From an uncultured bacterium (GTDB lineage Bacteria; Bacteroidota; Bacteroidia; Bacteroidales; CAIWKO01): DNA of 64,000 bases. Made by a program: the position numbers and the translations under genes. The stretch lies in contig CAIOYH010000010.1 of the NCBI GenBank assembly GCA_903862465.1, forward strand, positions 18,998-82,997, given 5' to 3'. Shown here piece by piece: positions 49,236 to 55,783 of the stretch (position 1 is its first letter; each line of letters starts with the position of its first letter). Below the pieces are notes generated by a model that was given only the letters and a program-made list of their open reading frames with translations, was not told where the DNA came from and did not search any database.

Positions 49236-49275
49236 AAAGGTTTTATGCTCAATGGAGTGTAAAACCTTTTTTATT
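49236..49275 (+). terminator. Terminator hairpin after tRNA-Gln
   Basis: AAAGGTTTTAtgctcaatggagtgTAAAACCTTTtttatt: a 10-bp stem plus a T-rich tail. Confidence 0.65.
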
Positions 49276-49630
49276 GATACAAAAGCCTATTTTGTTTGAC
49301 TTTATAAATGGCAGTTACCATCATTTTTTTATTTTTAGATGCATATCCTTTTCTTAAAACGAGTATCCTTGTTTTGTCTTATCTTTGTTTAGGGTTTTAT
49401 GATGCTTTATTCTTTGAAGATAATATCATTAGAATATTAAAAGATGGCATTCAAATAGTGAATGACCTTACAAAAGCATGAAATGCCGCGATAATATTAT
49501 TGATTGACGTGATATCTCTTTTTGCTCCATGCATCTCTGTGTAACAAGAAAAACAACGAACCATAAGTCAACTCGTAATTATCACACAGTTAACGTATTT
49601 AAAATTGTCGCACCAAATAAACGCCAAATA

Positions 49631-49903
49631 GTATTGTATAGTGCGCAAAGAGTATTGTAGAGAGCGATGATGTTGTAGTAGAGAGCGATGATGTTGTTGT
49701 AGAGAACGAAGATGTTGTAGTAGAGAGCGGTGATGTAGTTGTAGAGAACAATGATGTTGTTGTATAGTACGCAAAGAGTATTGTAGAGAACGATGATGTT
49801 GTTGTATAGTACGCAAACAGTATTGTAGAGAGCGATGATGTTGTAGTAGAGAACGACAAACTTGTAGTAGAGAACGACAAAGTTATTGTAGAGTTCGTAA
49901 AGA
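49631..49903. repeat. Tandem array D: 13 units, exact 21-bp period, two interspersed unit subtypes
   Basis: Units start at 49631, 49652, ... 49883 with no indel. The subtypes are TTGTATAGTRCGCAAAGAG-like (units 1, 7, 9) and TTGTAGAGARCGATGATG-like. The array lies 185 bp downstream of the stop of 50088-50744. Confidence 0.95.
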
Positions 49904-50087
49904 TTTCTGATACTAAATCGGCAAAATCATGCTTTTTTCAGCTTCTATTTCATGATTAGAACAACATAAATATGCTATTATTTTAACAAACCAAAGAAGC
50001 TTTCATAAAAAAAGGACACCATAAAAATTTCTATGATGTCCATATATATAAATGCTGATTTCTTAATTTTAGCTGCTCGAAGCGTGT

Positions 50088-50744
50088 TTAATTTGTGAGT
50101 GTAAAACCGATCCTATTGGATGGTTCAGAAATTCCTGCTGAATTTTGTATGGCAACTGCATAAAATTGCTCTACCAATACGGTAACATTTTTAGCAAGCA
50201 ATTTAAACGAACTTGTACAGGTGATAGTTTCTTTTGGCGATGGGGAATCAACGGCGGCATAAACGTAAAGAAGGTACATCTTCGAACCTCTTTTCAATTT
50301 AGCTTCGCCTGTTCCTTTCACCAAATTAACTTTCACCGTTTTAGCATCCGTTCCCCGCACCACTTTTTGTATAACCGGCTTTGCAAAAACCGTCTGCTTT
50401 GCTTTATCACGACTAGGAATAGCTCCTGACTTCTCAATCATCACCTTATCGCCGCCACAAACAGGCACCAAATACGGAATAATTTCGTCAGTCATCATAT
50501 CAAACAATGCTCCATTTTCTGCATTGCGAATGCTTCTTTCATGCGGACCGCCTGTTATGGCGTTGTCTGTGGCAGTTATAGAAAGATCATATTGCGCCTT
50601 AAAATCCGCTTTTATTGGTTTTGGTCCCACAAAAATTAGTGGAAATTCATACATATTCTGTAGAAACAAACCGGCTTGATTGTTCACTCCGTTGTAATCT
50701 GTTCTTGTTACTCCGCCTAATGTAGGCTTATACTTTGTTGCCAT
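50088..50744 (-). CDS. Orphan hypothetical protein with FN3-like C-terminus, followed by 21-bp array D
   Basis: 218 aa. The C-terminus KVNLVKGTGEAKL..MYLLYVYAAV...FYAVAIQNSAGISEPSNRIGFTL shows a canonical FN3 F-G strand pattern. Confidence 0.7.
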   Translation of the reverse strand: MATKYKPTLGGVTRTDYNGVNNQAGLFLQNMYEFPLIFVGPKPIKADFKAQYDLSITATDNAITGGPHERSIRNAENGALFDMMTDEIIPYLVPVCGGDKVMIEKSGAIPSRDKAKQTVFAKPVIQKVVRGTDAKTVKVNLVKGTGEAKLKRGSKMYLLYVYAAVDSPSPKETITCTSSFKLLAKNVTVLVEQFYAVAIQNSAGISEPSNRIGFTLTN

Positions 50745-50838
50745 ACTCTATTTTTTTTTAGTGATTCATAATTTTTTGATTCAAATTTCATTTTAAAACT
50801 TTAGAATGCAAATTTCAGAAGAATAACTGAGATAAAAA

Positions 50839-51278
50839 TCACGAATTATTTACATTGCCTTTTTGGAGTCCTTTTGGTATAGGTAAACCATTCTTATTCA
50901 AATAGAAAACAAAGTCGAAAATAAACTGAACTTTGTTCACTTTTGCCACTTTTAGACACGATTTATCCTTCATTTCCACCTCCAAACCTTCCATTTTTCG
51001 CTCTACATCCTCAATATGTTTATAATTTATGATGTTGCTCACATGCGGATAATCGAAATTCGCCTCATTCAGCCAAGGATAAATGTCCCTCATGTTCTCA
51101 TCAATATATTCAGAATTATTGTTGACCAAGGTGCAACACGTTATATGATTTTTTTGCTGATATACAGGATTTCGCCTTGCCTCTTCATCATCTCTTTCGC
51201 CTTCGGACTCAGCTTTTTCCTATAATTGCACTTTATTTCTTCAGGATTATTTCTTAGAATGCGTTTTTTCTTTGCCAT
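50839..51278 (-). pseudogene. Two adjacent ORFs (51141-51278, 45 aa basic; 50839-51129, 96 aa) separated by a frame shift at an A7 run; would fuse with one extra A
   Basis: Manual minus-strand translation gives MAKKKRILRNNPEEIKCNYRKKLSPKAKEMMKRQGEILYISKKII*. Reading A8 instead of A7 (T-run 49-55 of 511xx on the plus strand) continues ...KKNHITCCTLVNNNSEYIDENMRDIYPW..., which is the frame of the 96-aa ORF. Confidence 0.45.
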
Positions 51279-51394
51279 AATGCATAAATTTTTAGTTTAT
51301 GCAAAAAAACTTCAAAAGTAAAAAGAGTTTGGGAGATAAATGTTAGGGGGATGGGATTTTTTTTAATAATTGTTTGTATAAAGGAAATCTTATG

Positions 51395-51402
51395 TATCTT
51401 TG
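51395..51402 (+). promoter_or_regulatory. Candidate -7 box TATCTTTG (same TATCTTTGTAAAAAAA 16-mer as at 54502)
   Basis: Matches TAnnTTTG, 138 nt upstream of the ATG at 51540. Confidence 0.3.
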
Positions 51403-51539
51403 TAAAAAAAATATTATGCACCATGAAAATGAAAAAAGGTAAACAAAGTATGCCAATAGAGGAGATATTGTGCACTTTTTTGTATATAAGGTGTGCATAT
51501 ATACAAGTTAGCCATAATACAAACCAAAAAAAATGAACT

Positions 51540-52355
51540 ATGCCAATTCAATTTGACACAGCAAAACTAACAGTACAATTAAACTCCAAGGAACATAATA
51601 TTGGAGAAATATGGACTGTAATGGAGAGTCTAGACAATTTATCTATGTCGGGATTTTGGGCTACTATTCTTTCTGGCGAGATAAATGATGAAAACATTCT
51701 TCAAGCAAGAGAGATACTCAGTTCTTCTATGAAAAATAATAGAAAAAATGGAAGAAGATTTTTTCCATCTTTTGTTGATTTGTTTGACATAGAAATGAAC
51801 AAACAACGGGATGGAAAAGACCAATTGGATTTATATGATTTTCCTTCAAACGAATTCTTTAGCGACTTTGATTCAAATAATTCACTCGACACATCAGTAA
51901 TGGCAGGAATGAATTCTTGGGTTAGAAAAGAAATATTATTAAATGACAAGGATTTGTTTAATGAATTATTTGGGAAAGCGATTATTTCAAAACTTGAACA
52001 TCATTCCCCTTTACTTATTGAGTTAGCACTTATTATTTCTACTCCGCTTTTACCAATAATAATGACGTATGGTATAATGAGAGCAGTAACTTCTCATAGA
52101 AAAATGGAAATTGAAAATAAAATTAGAGATAACGAAAGGAAAATTAAAGAAGAAGAATATCAACAAAAAAAGATACAGACAAAAATTCTTGAAGAAATAT
52201 ATAGTGTAGTTAAAGAAGAATCAAAAAATGGAGAATTCAGAATAAACGAAAAGGTAATTGAAAATGCAGCAAAGATAAGTGTAAGTACAGTTTCTGACCT
52301 TAATACAAATCCATTTATTAATTCCGTTACTTTTGGTGTTACGACTAAAACATAA
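51540..52355 (+). CDS. Hypothetical protein with central hydrophobic helix and C-terminal charged coiled coil
   Basis: 271 aa. LLIELALIISTPLLPIIMTYGIM is a hydrophobic segment, followed by KMEIENKIRDNERKIKEEEYQQKKIQ. No recognised domain. Confidence 0.6.
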   Translation: MPIQFDTAKLTVQLNSKEHNIGEIWTVMESLDNLSMSGFWATILSGEINDENILQAREILSSSMKNNRKNGRRFFPSFVDLFDIEMNKQRDGKDQLDLYDFPSNEFFSDFDSNNSLDTSVMAGMNSWVRKEILLNDKDLFNELFGKAIISKLEHHSPLLIELALIISTPLLPIIMTYGIMRAVTSHRKMEIENKIRDNERKIKEEEYQQKKIQTKILEEIYSVVKEESKNGEFRINEKVIENAAKISVSTVSDLNTNPFINSVTFGVTTKT

Positions 52356-52557
52356 AAATATACTATGGCTAACTTTATGTTTCTGTCATCGGCGGTTCAT
52401 GGGTGACGGGAACATAAGTAATTTTTAATTACATTTGTGGGGCAGACACGAAAGTGCGCTAATACCGCCGCCGCCAGAAACACAGGCACGTTATGCGTCA
52501 TGCTTGGGCGACCTGCAAACTCCGTACTGACAGCAAGAAACAAACAGAAAAAATACA

Positions 52558-53244
52558 ATGACACCAGAACAATTAGAAAAACATATTGCTGACCTGTTTG
52601 ACACAATGGGTTACGAAACTAAATTGACAACAAAGTCATACGACTATGGAGTAGATGTTATCGCAACCACCAAGGACGAGAAGATTGCCATTCAAGTGAA
52701 GATGTATGAAACCCGACCTGTTAACTACAAGGACATTATGTATTTGTATGCAGGTAAGGGCTATTATGATTGCGACAAGGGAATTTTAATTACAACAGGT
52801 TCTTGCGACCCTTTAGCAATAAAGGTTGCAAACAAGTTAGGAATTGAAGTCCAAGAAAATTTTGTAGCAAAAATCATTCAAGCTACTGACAAGACCAAAA
52901 CGGTTGCAACTTCCGACAAAAACTTTGAAGAAGTTTGGCAAAAATTTATCAAGCCACTAAAAGGACAAACAGTTTTTTCAGCGACAGGAAAGAAAAATGT
53001 AATAGTTGAAGTTACCAACGACTTTCTAAGACGACAAAGTTCAACAGGAGAAGTTAGTAAGATTGAAAAGCAAATTTTCAAAACAGTGTTTCACCGACTA
53101 AAAGAAAAGAAATCTGTTACTAGAGATGAGATAAACACCGAATACACCAAAAGAGGTTCAGCAATTATTGCAGCAGTTTTAGGAAGAGTTCCTTTCATCA
53201 TTTTGACATTAAAACCGAAAATAACTTTGACAATAAAAGAATAA
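52558..53244 (+). CDS. Mrr-like (PD-(D/E)xK) restriction endonuclease domain protein with uncharacterised C-terminal domain
   Basis: 228 aa. LEKHIADLFDTMGYETKLTTKSYDYGVDVIATTKDEKIAIQVKMY matches the Mrr_cat core (D-x-D...IQVK). The C-terminal ~110 aa are unassigned. Confidence 0.75.
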   Translation: MTPEQLEKHIADLFDTMGYETKLTTKSYDYGVDVIATTKDEKIAIQVKMYETRPVNYKDIMYLYAGKGYYDCDKGILITTGSCDPLAIKVANKLGIEVQENFVAKIIQATDKTKTVATSDKNFEEVWQKFIKPLKGQTVFSATGKKNVIVEVTNDFLRRQSSTGEVSKIEKQIFKTVFHRLKEKKSVTRDEINTEYTKRGSAIIAAVLGRVPFIILTLKPKITLTIKE

Positions 53245-53341
53245 ATTGTTTCAAAATCTCCGAAAAAAAGCACGAACGCATAACAAACGTTAGCAACAAG
53301 GCGAAGAAAACAGCAAATTATCACATCAAATAACTAAGAAT

Positions 53342-54232
53342 ATGAAACAGAATTTAAACGAAGAAGAAAAGAACAGCGAAGAATTACAAATCCAAGTAAT
53401 GAGGAACATCTTCACCGTTCCTGTCAATTATCCTCCTGCCTTCCGATCTTTTACGATTGGTTTAAAAATGGATAAAAAACCTACCCGCAAAGACGAGCAG
53501 GACTTCGACAAACAAATGCTGGCGCACCCCGGTTATCAAGCGGCTTTGGAAAATCCAACAGAAATGATTAGGCTGGTAGCAGAGTTATTCCCAAAAATGA
53601 AGCCGCTTACTCCGTATGAATATGAAATAATAGAGCACTATACCCAACTGCACATAGATATTGCCCTGTGCATCCAACTCCATACGGATGTGTTGGCAAA
53701 AATACCTATGCTGCAAGATAAATTTAAACAAGCACGTGAGGTAATCCCTCAAATTAAAAGAGAATTTGATATAGTGCTAAGAGATGCCCGCCTGGTGCAA
53801 AACCCCGAAGATGAAAACGAAATGTTAGCCGGTTATCGAAAAGATTTATTAGCAAAATATGAGGAAATAACCCTGCCGCTTGAACAAAAAATAATTGATG
53901 CCAATCAGGGCATGTTGCAGTGGCATATCACACTCAAAGAATATGAAGCTAGCTCTCGTAAAATAAGCGCAGACGTAGCGTTTTTTCATAAGTTTTTCAC
54001 GGAGCTTTATCACAACCATGAGCGATTTACCCTTAGCACAGGTGTTATGTCGGAGGATTGGACCCCGTTTTTTGAAAAACTAAAGCAACAATACACCTAT
54101 TGGTCAGAGCAACACATCGTGGTAGAAAGTTTTATAAAAGAATTTGAATCTGTTCGAAAAGAATGGGAAAGTCTGCAAGAGTACATTACCAAAACAGGAC
54201 CCCGTGGTCTGAAGAACAGATGGGGTAATTAA
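53342..54232 (+). CDS. Hypothetical all-helical protein
   Basis: 296 aa, charged and helical in composition, with no signal peptide. No recognised domain. Confidence 0.6.
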   Translation: MKQNLNEEEKNSEELQIQVMRNIFTVPVNYPPAFRSFTIGLKMDKKPTRKDEQDFDKQMLAHPGYQAALENPTEMIRLVAELFPKMKPLTPYEYEIIEHYTQLHIDIALCIQLHTDVLAKIPMLQDKFKQAREVIPQIKREFDIVLRDARLVQNPEDENEMLAGYRKDLLAKYEEITLPLEQKIIDANQGMLQWHITLKEYEASSRKISADVAFFHKFFTELYHNHERFTLSTGVMSEDWTPFFEKLKQQYTYWSEQHIVVESFIKEFESVRKEWESLQEYITKTGPRGLKNRWGN

Positions 54233-54248
54233 ATACATTGTCCCCGCT

Positions 54249-54279
54249 CACTCGGATTTAGCGCAGCGTAATCCGAGTG
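54249..54279 (+). terminator. 10-bp perfect stem hairpin after 53342-54232 (no T-run)
   Basis: CACTCGGATTtagcgcagcgtAATCCGAGTG. Confidence 0.45.
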
Positions 54280-54501
54280 GTATAAAAACAAAACAACAAA
54301 GCAAACAAAAGCTGACACTGATTCTTAAACTTTATTACTTTATCCATCAGGGATAAACTAATAAAATAGAGAATTTCGGAGGTAATCATCGCTATGAAAG
54401 TAATAATTTGGTGAGCAAAACAATGTTAGCATTCAACCATCAAATAAAATAAATTTTCTCGGATTGATTTATTTTGTAATTTTGTTTTGTGGAATATTAT
54501 A

Positions 54502-54509
54502 TATCTTTG
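54502..54509 (+). promoter_or_regulatory. Candidate -7 box TATCTTTG
   Basis: Matches TAnnTTTG, 67 nt upstream of the ATG at 54576. Confidence 0.4.
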
Positions 54510-54575
54510 TAAAAAAATCATACTAACTCAAGGAGCATTGCATCATATAAGACTTCTTATAAAAACAAATTAAAA

Positions 54576-55061
54576 ATGAAAAACTTAATTTATGTAGCAT
54601 TAATAGCTAGTTTATTTATCTCTTGTAAAAAAGAAGCAGGTCCACAAGGTCCGGCAGGTACAAATGGCACCAATGGCAATGCAAATGTTAAGACCAACCA
54701 ATACACAGTTAGTTGGACACAAAGTTTTCCGGGTTATTACTGTACTATTTACGACGCAAATATAACTCAGGCAATTGTTGACTCCGGTTGTGTTGAAGTC
54801 TTTATGAGCAATCTTACAGGTTGGAATGCTCTGCCTTTAACAATTACGTATTCGGCAACAATTACATCCGTTTACACGCCTGTTCATTATTTAGGTCAAG
54901 TAACAATTTGGAAATTTGATACTGATGACGCACAAACATCGGATGATGGTCCAACAACATTTAAAGTAGTTTGCATTACTGGCGGTATCAAGCATCTTCA
55001 TCCAAATATCAATTGGAATAAATATGAAGATTTGCAAACTACATTTAATCTATCAGATTAA
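54576..55061 (+). CDS. Small lipoprotein with short collagen-like G-x-y stretch
   Basis: 161 aa. Lipobox LFISCKK, then GPQGPAGTNGTNGN, then a beta-rich domain. Confidence 0.65.
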   Translation: MKNLIYVALIASLFISCKKEAGPQGPAGTNGTNGNANVKTNQYTVSWTQSFPGYYCTIYDANITQAIVDSGCVEVFMSNLTGWNALPLTITYSATITSVYTPVHYLGQVTIWKFDTDDAQTSDDGPTTFKVVCITGGIKHLHPNINWNKYEDLQTTFNLSD

Positions 55062-55085
55062 CCCCGCTCAGCGCTAGGCTCCGCC

Positions 55086-55119
55086 TAAGTCGGTTCTATC
55101 CTCTTAGGCTATACCTACT
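55086..55119 (+). repeat. Dispersed 3'-end element, copy 3 (degenerate)
   Basis: ctaagtcggttctatcctcttaggctatacctac, 25 nt after the stop at 55061. Confidence 0.5.
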
Positions 55120-55216
55120 GAAAAACCTATGTAAGCATTCAAGCATCAAATAAAATAAATTTTTTCTTGGATTGGTATTATTTGTTCTTTTGTAAAACAG
55201 TTTAAAATTAGATACG

Positions 55217-55414
55217 ATGGAAACAGTAGTACTGCAAGGCAAATCCAAATCCTATTTGAAAGCCCTCCTAGCGGTTGCAAAAAAATTGAGTATCATGGTT
55301 CGTTATTTAACGGATGAAGAACAAGAATACATTGGTCTTTTAGATGCGATGAAACAAGGGCGGACAAAAGAATATGTCAATACCGATAGTTTTGTAAAGA
55401 AACTAATTTGTTAA
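55217..55414 (+). CDS. Probable type II antitoxin (small protein upstream of a RelE/ParE remnant)
   Basis: 65 aa. LTDEEQEYIGLLDAMKQGRTKEYVNTDSFVKKL resembles the small Bacteroidota antitoxins that precede RelE/ParE genes. The assignment rests on context. Confidence 0.55.
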   Translation: METVVLQGKSKSYLKALLAVAKKLSIMVRYLTDEEQEYIGLLDAMKQGRTKEYVNTDSFVKKLIC

Positions 55415-55569
55415 CAACAGTTTCGAGTTGTAAAAAACTTAAAGGAAGTAAAAATGCCTACCGTATCAGAATTGGGGATTATCGGATAGGCTTACTATTA
55501 GAGAACAATGCTGTTGATTTAATTCATTTTTTGCATCGCAGCAAAATTTATAACTTCTTTCCTGAATAA
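55408..55569 (+). pseudogene. 5'-truncated RelE/ParE-family toxin remnant
   Basis: Manual translation gives ..CKKLKGSKNAYRIRIGDYRIGLLLENNAVDLIHFLHRSKIYNFFPE*. KLKGxxxxYRIRIGDYRI is the conserved RelE/ParE core. The N-terminal ~40 aa and a start codon are missing. Confidence 0.65.
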
Positions 55570-55595
55570 TAACTTGCTCCATTGGTCTAAGTTTC

Positions 55596-55633
55596 CCACC
55601 TCAGTCCTATCTATCCTTTTGAGCTGTGCCATA
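55596..55633 (+). repeat. Dispersed 3'-end element, copy 4
   Basis: cccacctcagtcctatctatccttttgagctgtgccata, 27 nt after the toxin remnant stop. Confidence 0.65.
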
Positions 55634-55783
55634 TTCCCTCAATTCGTAATAAGGCTCTGCACCGTGCAAGACCAACTAATATCATGCGTTCAACTACTGC
55701 TCTATTATATCCTTAAAAAAAACTATCAAATAAAACTATTCATGCAAACATCATTTTTATTACTTTTGTAAAAAATTAATTTC

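Noticed and set aside
52397-52606. 69-aa minus-strand ORF in the G+C-rich spacer upstream of the Mrr-like gene.
   Set aside because: It overlaps the start of the + strand nuclease gene and has no motif. It lies antisense in a region better explained by RNA structure. Its openness is likely due to local G+C richness.
49225-55780. Calling the tRNA-Gln-adjacent island a prophage, ICE or integrative element.
   Set aside because: No integrase, recombinase, excisionase, transposase, conjugation or phage structural genes are recognisable. I could not spot a direct repeat of the tRNA 3' end. It is described only as a decayed accessory island.
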